A DNA stretch of 10,833 bases, from positions 1-10,833 of the forward strand of contig JBHLMP010000077.1 in NCBI GenBank assembly GCA_048938025.1, in the 5' to 3' direction. The notes beneath the pieces are model-generated. The model did no database searches. It saw only the letters and a program-made list of their open reading frames with translations, and was not told the DNA's origin. Positions within the stretch are counted from its first letter, which is position 1; every line of letters begins with the position of its first letter. Below, one piece after another: positions 1-7,577 of the stretch. This DNA comes from Promethearchaeota archaeon. Lineage in GTDB: Archaea; Asgardarchaeota; Lokiarchaeia; Sigyniarchaeales; SOKP01. Made by a program: the position numbers and the translations under genes.

Positions 1-110
1 GAAAATAATATTTTTAAAATAAGATATCATAAAGTGTATTAGGTTAGACTTTTACATATCTAATTAGTTAATTGTTTAGCCAAAAAAAAGCAAATTTATA
101 GGGATGTGGG

Positions 111-665
111 TTGGAATACAGCTCAACTTTTAAGATAGTGATTTTTGGTGATTCAGGAACGGGTAAGACTACATTAGCTCATAGATTTTTAACTAATCTT
201 TTTAAACAAGATATTTCTATGACGTTAGGAGTCGAATTTATGTTAAAAGATATTGAGGTTGACGGGGAATTCGTTAAATTACAAATATGGGATTTTGCTG
301 GTGAAGAACGGTTTAGATTTCTTTTTCCTTCTTATCTAAAAGGAGCTAATGGTGCGATATTTATGTATGATATTACTAATTATGGGTCATTAGCTCATGT
401 AGATGATTGGTTTGCTATAGTGGAGGAAAAAATTGCTAAAAAGGAAGTAGATAATTATTTGCCAATTATCTTTGTTGGTGGTAAAGTAGATTTAATTCAC
501 TTAAAAGAAATATCAACTAAAAAAGCAATGCAAATTGCCAAATCAAAAGAAGCACACGGTTTTATAGAATGTAGCTCAAAAACAGGTGAGAATGTAAATA
601 AAATTTTTGATCTATTGGCACGGTTAATCTTTAGAAATAAAAGATCATTGGAAGCTTTCTCTTAG
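111..665 (+). CDS. Rab-like small GTPase (Ras superfamily), canonical motif order, no prenylation motif
   Basis: G1 GDSGTGKT (aa 13-20), G2 MTLGVEF, G3 IWDFAGEERF, G4 variant VGGKVD, G5 ECSSK. Rab-like KLQIWD and RFRFL..SY. TTG start with an in-frame TAG at 99-101. The C-terminus lacks Cys. Confidence 0.93.
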   Translation: MEYSSTFKIVIFGDSGTGKTTLAHRFLTNLFKQDISMTLGVEFMLKDIEVDGEFVKLQIWDFAGEERFRFLFPSYLKGANGAIFMYDITNYGSLAHVDDWFAIVEEKIAKKEVDNYLPIIFVGGKVDLIHLKEISTKKAMQIAKSKEAHGFIECSSKTGENVNKIFDLLARLIFRNKRSLEAFS

Positions 666-690
666 CTATTATTGCATGAATCAATAATTC

Positions 691-2532
691 CTATAAATTA
701 TCTAAACCTAAGCTTTCAAGTTTAGCTTTACTTATTTCTCCCGTAGATAAATCCCATTCTCTAAAATTGTAAAAATTTTCTCGTAATAATTCAAAATTTG
801 GTGTTTTTCCTGCCGAACCACCTTCACTAAGCGGTCTTAATAAAATTTGAGGTATTTTATCCATCTTAGGAGTAATCCCCATTTTTAAATTAAACAATCG
901 TTTCATATTTAGAATTCTTTCACCATATAGTTTTATCTCATCTAGACCAAATTTTAAACCAGTAGCATGTTTTATAATCGTGGCGATTTGTGATGGCAAT
1001 GGGTTACAAAAGGAACAAATTATCAGTGAACTATATAAAGCTCTATAATCCATAATGATCGAACAGCACTTAGCCATTTCTAAATCATTTGCATAAGTAT
1101 CTAGACTTACAGTGGGGGCATCGATTTCTTCAAATGGATAACCCAATAAGACAAAATACATATCACATAAATTATGAGAAGGTCCTTTATGGGCAGCACC
1201 GATTCCATAGGCAATTGACATTCCAAAATTTGAACGCATATCATGGTAAGTGATTTCTAATCCATCAATTGTTGCTATTTCATCTTGAGGAATATTAAAA
1301 TATTCACCAAAAGCGTTAGATCCCTCTGCTAATATATCACCTATCCCCTCTCTATAAACAATTTTATTTAATAATTGTTCTACAGTCTCAATATTACCCC
1401 AATTTGGTTTTAGTCCATCAATATCTATTGATTTAATATTTCCAATAGTATAATGGTAAATAATACAAGCTATAATTCCACTTGAGCTAACTGTGTCTAT
1501 TCCATAATCATTACATTTTGTATTTATATATGAGATAAATTCAAGATCATCATTTAAAATCAGACTTCCAAATCCGCATATCGTCTCATATTCAGGTCCT
1601 TCGGTTTCTTCGGTTTTATATTTCCCCTCCTTTATAGCTATTCTTCTCCCACATCCAATCACACATGAATGGCAGAACCGATTTTTTACAAGAATAGTTT
1701 GGGCCATAGCAATACCAGAGATCTTCGTAGCGTTATTCCATTTTCCTATTGTGAAATATTTAACGGGTAATTCTCCTGTTGAACTATACAGATTCACTGT
1801 TCCTGAAGTACCAAAATTAGTTATTGCCAGTGATCCATAATTATTTTTTACATTATCCCTAGCATCCTTTATTGCTTTTTTTAATTTATCTTTATTATGT
1901 ACATCTAATTGAAGATTATTACCCCTAACTATTATCGCTTTTAGTTTTTTTGAACCAAAAATAGCCCCCATACCTATACGACCTGCTGCTCGTTGTTCAG
2001 ATATAACATTAGCATATTTTACAAGGTTTTCACCAGCTTGTCCTATACAAGCAACCTTCCCATGATCATCACCAAAAATATCCTTTAACATCATGGTGGT
2101 ATATTCAGTACCTCTTCCCCATAAAAATCTAGCATCCCGGATTTCCACTTTATCATCTTTAATTTCAATATAAACAGGTTCTTTTGAAGCACCAGATATA
2201 ATTATACCATCATATCCTGCTTTTTTAATTTCAGCACCAAACCAACTCCCGCAATTAGATTCCCCCCACATATTAGTATATGGGGACTTGGAACAAATGG
2301 TCCACCTACCTGAATTAGGTGCAAATGTACCATTTAAGGGACCTGTCATAATCATTAAGATATTTTCAAGAGATAATGGATCAGTGTTTTTATCCAATTT
2401 ATCATATAAATAACGACATGCATAACCAGCCCCTCCTAAGAAATCTCTTGCATAATCATCATTTAATGGTTCAATTATGATTTCTTGATTTGTAAGATTT
2501 ACATGTAATAATTTTCCACGAAAAGATTTTAT
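691..2532 (-). CDS. aor: Aldehyde:ferredoxin oxidoreductase family protein (tungstopterin, 4Fe-4S), about 613 aa with a proposed ATA start
   Basis: AOR motifs: KSPYT, AAGRIGMGAIFGSKKLKAI, CHSCVIGC plus later IICSFC (4Fe-4S ligands), GPEYET, DTVSS, GDILAEG. The frame stays open upstream of the TTG at 2397 and encodes IKSFRGKLLHVNLTNQEIIIEPLNDDYARDFLGGAGYACRYLYDK, the typical AOR N-terminus. The next upstream in-frame stop is at 2571-2569. The product call is firm; the start position is inferred. Confidence 0.9.
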   Translation of the reverse strand: MKSFRGKLLHVNLTNQEIIIEPLNDDYARDFLGGAGYACRYLYDKLDKNTDPLSLENILMIMTGPLNGTFAPNSGRWTICSKSPYTNMWGESNCGSWFGAEIKKAGYDGIIISGASKEPVYIEIKDDKVEIRDARFLWGRGTEYTTMMLKDIFGDDHGKVACIGQAGENLVKYANVISEQRAAGRIGMGAIFGSKKLKAIIVRGNNLQLDVHNKDKLKKAIKDARDNVKNNYGSLAITNFGTSGTVNLYSSTGELPVKYFTIGKWNNATKISGIAMAQTILVKNRFCHSCVIGCGRRIAIKEGKYKTEETEGPEYETICGFGSLILNDDLEFISYINTKCNDYGIDTVSSSGIIACIIYHYTIGNIKSIDIDGLKPNWGNIETVEQLLNKIVYREGIGDILAEGSNAFGEYFNIPQDEIATIDGLEITYHDMRSNFGMSIAYGIGAAHKGPSHNLCDMYFVLLGYPFEEIDAPTVSLDTYANDLEMAKCCSIIMDYRALYSSLIICSFCNPLPSQIATIIKHATGLKFGLDEIKLYGERILNMKRLFNLKMGITPKMDKIPQILLRPLSEGGSAGKTPNFELLRENFYNFREWDLSTGEISKAKLESLGLDNL

Positions 2533-2541
2533 AATGTTAAG

Positions 2542-2547
2542 CGCCCC
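2542..2547 (-). promoter_or_regulatory. Putative Shine-Dalgarno-like element for aor
   Basis: Minus strand reads GGGGCG-CTTAACATT-ATA: a G-rich island in AT-rich DNA, 9 nt before the proposed ATA start. Confidence 0.4.
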
Positions 2548-2549
2548 AT

Positions 2550-2690
2550 TTCTTTTAAAGAATAATTTTCATTATTATTTAAGAATTTAATTTTCATATA
2601 TTTTTTTTATTATAATTTTCAATAATCACATATGAAAATTTATAGATCATTAAAAGAATTTTTTTAATAAATGAAATTTCAATAATAAAT
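2550..2690. promoter_or_regulatory. AT-rich divergent promoter region (aor / thioredoxin-like gene)
   Basis: Extremely AT-rich spacer between divergently oriented genes with several TTTA(A/T)A-like boxes. Exact TATA boxes cannot be assigned. Confidence 0.45.
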
Positions 2691-3191
2691 ATGAAATCGC
2701 AAATGAAATTAAAATGGAATGATTTAGTATCTCCAACAATGACCCCAGATGAATACTTAGATACTTATGGCGACAAGATTGCTGATAACTACAAAACTTA
2801 TGAACCAAATCCAGCCATACTCGAGAAGATAAAAGCTAATTTAAAGAATAAGAAAGAAAAATTAAAAATTGTTGCTCTAGGTGCTGACTGGTGTCCAGAT
2901 TGCTCATTAAACGTACCACGGATGATAAAAGTAGTAAAATTGATGAAAAGTAATGATATAAGTTTACATATTCTATATGGAATAATGGTTAATGCTTTAC
3001 ACAAGCCAGGAGAGAAAATATGGCATAAAAAGCGATCTCCTCCTGAAGCAGTTGATCCAAAATTTAAATTAAAAGCTATTCCAACGTTCTATTTCTTCAA
3101 TGCTAATGGTGACTTCCTTGATGTTATAGTAGAGAATCCAAAAGCTTCAATTGAAGAAGATACTCTTGAGATCTTAGAAAAAAACATGTAA
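2691..3191 (+). CDS. Thioredoxin-fold protein (WCPDC active site)
   Basis: LKIVALGADWCPDC CxxC motif and the cis-Pro loop AIPTFYFF. An alternative ATG lies at 2703. Confidence 0.88.
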   Translation: MKSQMKLKWNDLVSPTMTPDEYLDTYGDKIADNYKTYEPNPAILEKIKANLKNKKEKLKIVALGADWCPDCSLNVPRMIKVVKLMKSNDISLHILYGIMVNALHKPGEKIWHKKRSPPEAVDPKFKLKAIPTFYFFNANGDFLDVIVENPKASIEEDTLEILEKNM

Positions 3192-3289
3192 GGAGTTTTT
3201 TCTTTACATCTTATTTTCAAGCTTATTTGTTAACTCCTTTCTTCTCAAATTCATCAACATTTAAATTTGTATTTATGTATAATAATTTT

Positions 3290-5332
3290 ATGTCAAAATT
3301 AAAAGTAAAAAAAGTTATAATTTTCAAGCACGGTGTTTCATATTATATTCTCGAAGGAATAATAAAAGGAACAGATTCGTTCGAACTTGAATTTAAAGTT
3401 GATGAGATGAATGATGTACTAAAATCTCTTTTTGTATTAGACACTAGTGAAAAGGGGTATATATCCTCAATTTCTTATGATGCTGCTTTAGACACTTTTC
3501 AGTTATTAAAATCAATCATGTTAAATATTCCTGATGAAGACTCGTTTTCTTCACTAATAACACAAATTAAAGGAGCTAACGTCAATCTAACAATTGGAGC
3601 TAGTAAACAAATTTCAGGAACGATAATGGGCATTGAAGAATTTGAAAAATTTATTAAGGAAGAAAAATTAGTCGAGAAATTATTGATAATGTTACAGGAT
3701 GATGATCTTATTACCAAAATTCCCTTTTCAGAGATTAAATCCTTCGATATATTAAATGAAGACATTAAAAAAGATTTAAAATTTTTTCTTGATACTATTA
3801 TTGCTGGAAAGAAGAAAGATGCTAAAAAAATAAAAATTAATTGTGAGTCAGGTGGAGTAGATAATGTTGAACGAAGTATTTTTGTATCTTATATACGAGA
3901 AAGCCCTATCTGGAAAACTTCTTATCGATTAATAATGAGCAAACAACAGGCATTAGAACAAAAGTGTCTACTTTCTGGTTGGAGTCTTATTGAAAATACA
4001 ACAAATCAAGATTGGGAAGATATTGAATTATCTTTAGTAGCAGGAATGCCTGTATCTTTTAAATATGATTTTTACAGACCTATTTTTATACAACGCCCTG
4101 TTATTCAACCACCAAAAGTTTTGAGTGCTAGACCCACTGAAATAGAAGAAGGGTTAGAAATGGAAAGATTTAAAGACTATGCTATGGCAGAAGCAGCACC
4201 AAAACTTAAAGCTATGAAGAGTCGTGCAAGAATGGCAGCTCCATCTGCCCCACCAGTAGGTGCAGCTGGTGGATTTGGTGTTACAGGAGCTACTATATCT
4301 GATGATGTTTTAATGGACAAAGTTAAATCTCAGACAAAAACTCAAACCAAAGATTTAGGAGAGCTTTTTGAGTATAATATTTCAAATCCTGTTTCCATTA
4401 AAAGGAAACAGTCAGCTTTAGTTCCAATTTTAACCGAAGCAATCAAAGCTAAGCGAATATTATTGTATAATAAAGATGAGCATAATAAAAATCCTAATGC
4501 TTGTCTTGAAATAACAAACAATACAGATTTAACTCTCGAAAGGGGACCTGCTACAATAATCTATGATGATAATCTTGCTGGAGAAGCTATTATCCCCTTT
4601 TTAAATAAAGAGGATACAAGAATTTTAAATTATGCTGTTGAACAAGCTGTAATCATAATGCATGAACAAAAATCTGAAAATTTAAGTGTTCATAAAGTAA
4701 CATTCGGGAGCGGTTATTCTTATGAATACTATTATACCAATTTAATGACTGAATACAAAATAAATAACAAGACCACTGAAGAAAAGGAACTCTATCTTGA
4801 TCATCCTAAAGCCTCTGATTACAAATTTATTGAAAAGCCTGTTGAACCAGAAGAAACTCCGAACTATTGGCGCTTTAAAATAACCTTAAAACCTAAAGAT
4901 GCAATTATTTTTAAACTTAAAGAACAAAGAGAAAATTACTCAAGCAATTACTTATGGAATTGGTCCAAAGACGATATTCTCAAAAGAGTAGGGTTTTATG
5001 TCAAACATAAATTCATTGATCCAAAACTCGAACAACAACTAAAAGAAATTGCGGAATTGATTCAAAATTCAAATGATTTAAGAAACAAGAGAGAAAAATT
5101 ACATGAAGAACGAGATGTAATGACTGATGAACAGGTAAGGCTAAGAGAAAACATTGCTGTTTTAGGGACTGATAGTCAATCAATTACATTAAAAGAAAGA
5201 TATATAAAAAAATTTAATGATCAGGAAAGTAGATTTGAAGAAATTAGTAAAGAACTTAAAACATTAGATAAAAAAATAGACACTATCACTAAAGAAATTG
5301 AAGAAAAAATGCAAAATCTTTCTCCTCCTTAA
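3290..5332 (+). CDS. DUF4139-type protein with a C-terminal coiled coil (680 aa)
   Basis: N-terminal VIIFKHGVSYY, VSY...PIWKTSYRL, GWSLIENTTNQDWEDIELSLVAGMP, low-complexity MAAPSAPP linker, LGELFEY, RLRENIAVL...ERYIKKFNDQE coiled-coil tail. The start was moved from TTG 3227 to ATG 3290 (MSKLKVKKVIIFK), because the extension reads like intergenic DNA. Confidence 0.75.
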   Translation: MSKLKVKKVIIFKHGVSYYILEGIIKGTDSFELEFKVDEMNDVLKSLFVLDTSEKGYISSISYDAALDTFQLLKSIMLNIPDEDSFSSLITQIKGANVNLTIGASKQISGTIMGIEEFEKFIKEEKLVEKLLIMLQDDDLITKIPFSEIKSFDILNEDIKKDLKFFLDTIIAGKKKDAKKIKINCESGGVDNVERSIFVSYIRESPIWKTSYRLIMSKQQALEQKCLLSGWSLIENTTNQDWEDIELSLVAGMPVSFKYDFYRPIFIQRPVIQPPKVLSARPTEIEEGLEMERFKDYAMAEAAPKLKAMKSRARMAAPSAPPVGAAGGFGVTGATISDDVLMDKVKSQTKTQTKDLGELFEYNISNPVSIKRKQSALVPILTEAIKAKRILLYNKDEHNKNPNACLEITNNTDLTLERGPATIIYDDNLAGEAIIPFLNKEDTRILNYAVEQAVIIMHEQKSENLSVHKVTFGSGYSYEYYYTNLMTEYKINNKTTEEKELYLDHPKASDYKFIEKPVEPEETPNYWRFKITLKPKDAIIFKLKEQRENYSSNYLWNWSKDDILKRVGFYVKHKFIDPKLEQQLKEIAELIQNSNDLRNKREKLHEERDVMTDEQVRLRENIAVLGTDSQSITLKERYIKKFNDQESRFEEISKELKTLDKKIDTITKEIEEKMQNLSPP

Positions 5333-5367
5333 AGTTTCTAATAAAAATTTATTTTTTTATTAAAATA

Positions 5368-6072
5368 ATGACATATAAATCTGCATTCCAAGGATTTAGA
5401 AGCCTAATGTATCGAAGTGGCAGAGTTTATAACTTCATATCAAACAAAATCTATGATATTAAGCGAAAATATTTAACTATTTCAAAATTAATCGGTAAAA
5501 ACAAGCATGTATTGGATCTAGCCTGTGGAACGGGATTTCTTACTCGATTTATACATCCATCAAATATCTATGAAGGTTGGGATATAAATCATAAATTCTT
5601 AAAAAAATTAAAAAAGGATTGGAAGCATGGAAAATCTAACATTAAACATCTAATAGTCAAGCAGAAAGACCTTTTTAACTTTCATGAATATCCAGATGAA
5701 AAGGTAGATGTTATTGTCTTATGTGATATTTTACATCATATTAACCCTTTGCATTTTGCTTTAGTGGAAAATGCTAAAATATATGCTAGAAAAGTAATAA
5801 TCTGCGAACCTATTGCAGTAAAACCAAAAGATATTAAAGCAAACACTCGGTTTATTAGAATATTCGTGAGAATTGGTAGATTTTTTCCCGAAAAGCTTTA
5901 CAAATTGATAGATTTTCTATTTCTTGATAATGACGGAGTAAACTCTTATAAAAAACGATTAACATGGAATCACAATAACAGAAGTATTAAGACTCTATAT
6001 AGCTCCATGGGATTTGAAAAAATTTATAAAATTAAGGATAATTATATTGGTGTCTGGGATTCCAATAACTAA
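5368..6072 (+). CDS. Class I SAM-dependent methyltransferase, substrate unknown
   Basis: Motif I VLDLACGTG, acidic motif II YEGWDIN, then DVIVLCDILHHI and VIICEP. Confidence 0.88.
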   Translation: MTYKSAFQGFRSLMYRSGRVYNFISNKIYDIKRKYLTISKLIGKNKHVLDLACGTGFLTRFIHPSNIYEGWDINHKFLKKLKKDWKHGKSNIKHLIVKQKDLFNFHEYPDEKVDVIVLCDILHHINPLHFALVENAKIYARKVIICEPIAVKPKDIKANTRFIRIFVRIGRFFPEKLYKLIDFLFLDNDGVNSYKKRLTWNHNNRSIKTLYSSMGFEKIYKIKDNYIGVWDSNN

Positions 6073-6190
6073 CTTCTCTATTTTTTCAACATTCTTTTTA
6101 TTAATATAAAAGTTATTTTTTGATAATTTACTATAAGTATTCAATGAGAAGAAAAATATTGCAAATAAATTTTATCTGAAATAAAAATAA

Positions 6191-7027
6191 TTGGAGTTTA
6201 TTTCCAACTTGAAAATTACACTCAGCCTTTGGGATATTGCCGGACAAGAACGTTTTGATTTCTTTAAAACTGATTTCTATAAAGGTGTTGCTGCCATAGG
6301 ATTAGTTTTCGACTTAAGTCGTCCTGATACTTTTGATAATATTGATGTATATTTCAATGACATTAGGGATAGTTCAGGAAACATCCCTATTATCTTAGTT
6401 GGAAATAAGAATGACTTAAAAAAAGATTTGGGTGAAATAATACCTCGAGAAAAAATAATACAAAAAGTTAATCAACATCATTTACTTGAATATATTGAAA
6501 CTTCAGCTTTAGAAAACGAAAACGTTGATAATTTGTTTAATCGCCTTGCTATTGTTGCCTTATTAGATCTACAGCCTAGAATAGGAGAATTTGTTGATAT
6601 AGATCATTTTCGATTTAAAGTCCTATTAGTAGGAGATGCATCAGTAGGGAAATCTTCATTAATTAAAGCTTTTGCTAATAAAGAGTTCACAGAAGAATAC
6701 AAATTAACTGTTGGCTTAGATTTTATGACTCAAAATTTTGAAATACCCGATGAAGATTTACCAAAAGAGGTTCAAGATATAATTAAAAAGTCTGTTAAAA
6801 CTTTCAGAAAGAAATTTAAGAGACTCTATAAAAAAGAAGAAGTTCCAAAAATTAGTTCAATTAGAAAAAAAACACCAACTAAAAAGATTTTGCTTGAAAC
6901 GGCTTCAGATCAAGAAAATGATAAAATTAAAAAGAAGGCACATTTTTCCAAGAAGATTCTCCTTTTTTCTTTAACAATTGTAATAATTGCACTAATGATA
7001 ATTATTTTCTTCTTCTTTTTCCGTTAA
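6191..7027 (+). CDS. Circularly permuted Rab-like GTPase (G3-G4-G5-G1-G2) with polybasic linker and C-terminal transmembrane anchor
   Basis: G3 WDIAGQERF aa 14-22; G4 GNKND aa 71-75; G5 ETSAL aa 103-107; G1 GDASVGKSS aa 148-156; G2 YKLTVGLDF aa 170-178; Lys-rich region about aa 199-255; hydrophobic ILLFSLTIVIIALMIIIFFFFF aa 256-277. An in-frame TAA lies directly before the TTG start. Confidence 0.88.
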   Translation: MEFISNLKITLSLWDIAGQERFDFFKTDFYKGVAAIGLVFDLSRPDTFDNIDVYFNDIRDSSGNIPIILVGNKNDLKKDLGEIIPREKIIQKVNQHHLLEYIETSALENENVDNLFNRLAIVALLDLQPRIGEFVDIDHFRFKVLLVGDASVGKSSLIKAFANKEFTEEYKLTVGLDFMTQNFEIPDEDLPKEVQDIIKKSVKTFRKKFKRLYKKEEVPKISSIRKKTPTKKILLETASDQENDKIKKKAHFSKKILLFSLTIVIIALMIIIFFFFFR

Positions 7028-7149
7028 TTAATCTAAAAAGTTAATGCTTCATCTGATTCTAAGTACTCACTTATCTTTAATTTATATAATTCAAATTTTT
7101 ATAGCAAAAAAAAATAAACTATATTTTCTTTTTTATCTTAATATTTTTT

Positions 7150-7157
7150 GGTGTGAT
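7150..7157 (+). promoter_or_regulatory. Putative Shine-Dalgarno-like element
   Basis: GGTGTGAT just upstream of the ATG at 7160 resembles the archaeal GGAGGTGAT SD. Confidence 0.4.
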
Positions 7158-7159
7158 AT

Positions 7160-7372
7160 ATGAGTATTGAAGAACTTGAAGACCAAGTTGAAAAGTTATT
7201 AGAAGAAAGGGATCAACTAGAGGAAATCTGCGATACGTTGCCAAAATGTGAAGAAGATGATGCATGCGAGACTTGTGAAACATATAGGAAAATTGCACTG
7301 ATTGATGAGAAAGTAGAAGAGTTAGAAGATAAAATCGAAGAATTATTAGGAGAAGAAGAGGAAGAAGAGTAA
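7160..7372 (+). CDS. Small, highly acidic coiled-coil protein with a C-x5-C-x5-C-x2-C motif (putative metal-binding)
   Basis: 70 aa with 31 Asp/Glu and Cys24, 30, 36, 39 between two heptad-patterned helices. Purine-rich coding-like composition, an SD-like element upstream and a T-rich tract downstream. Confidence 0.8.
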   Translation: MSIEELEDQVEKLLEERDQLEEICDTLPKCEEDDACETCETYRKIALIDEKVEELEDKIEELLGEEEEEE

Positions 7373-7401
7373 AAATTTAAAAACTAAATAAAAAATCTTA
7401 C

Positions 7402-7446
7402 ATTTTCTTTTATTTTATTTATTTATCTTTTACATTTTAATTTTTA
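7402..7446 (+). terminator. Putative archaeal oligo-T terminator region
   Basis: Multiple T4-T5 runs shortly after the stop codon at 7372. Confidence 0.4.
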
Positions 7447-7577
7447 ATTATCTCATATTTACAGAAATTTGAGAATGCAAAACTAAAACTATTTTAATTG
7501 ATTAAAAGAAATTAATATAAAAAAATAACAAATTAAAATAGAAAATTAAATATTGAAATAAAAAAGTGAATGTATTG

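Noticed and set aside
2798-3004. 68-aa minus-strand ORF
   Set aside because: Antisense shadow inside the thioredoxin gene, with no motifs.
3227-3289. 21-codon N-terminal extension of the DUF4139-type ORF as a possible signal peptide
   Set aside because: It has no n/h/c signal structure and reads as AT-rich intergenic DNA. ATG 3290 fits the conserved start.
3499-3765. 88-aa minus-strand ORF
   Set aside because: Antisense shadow of the DUF4139-type gene, with Ser/Ile/Asn-rich composition typical of the reverse frame.
6073-6190. Missing G1/G2 of the 6191 GTPase hidden upstream by a frameshift (pseudogene hypothesis), and the mini-ORF 6144..6179
   Set aside because: The spacer is only 118 nt and lacks any GG dinucleotide on the plus strand, so it cannot encode GxxxxGK. 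G1 and G2 are present downstream in the same ORF. The 11-codon ORF has no support.
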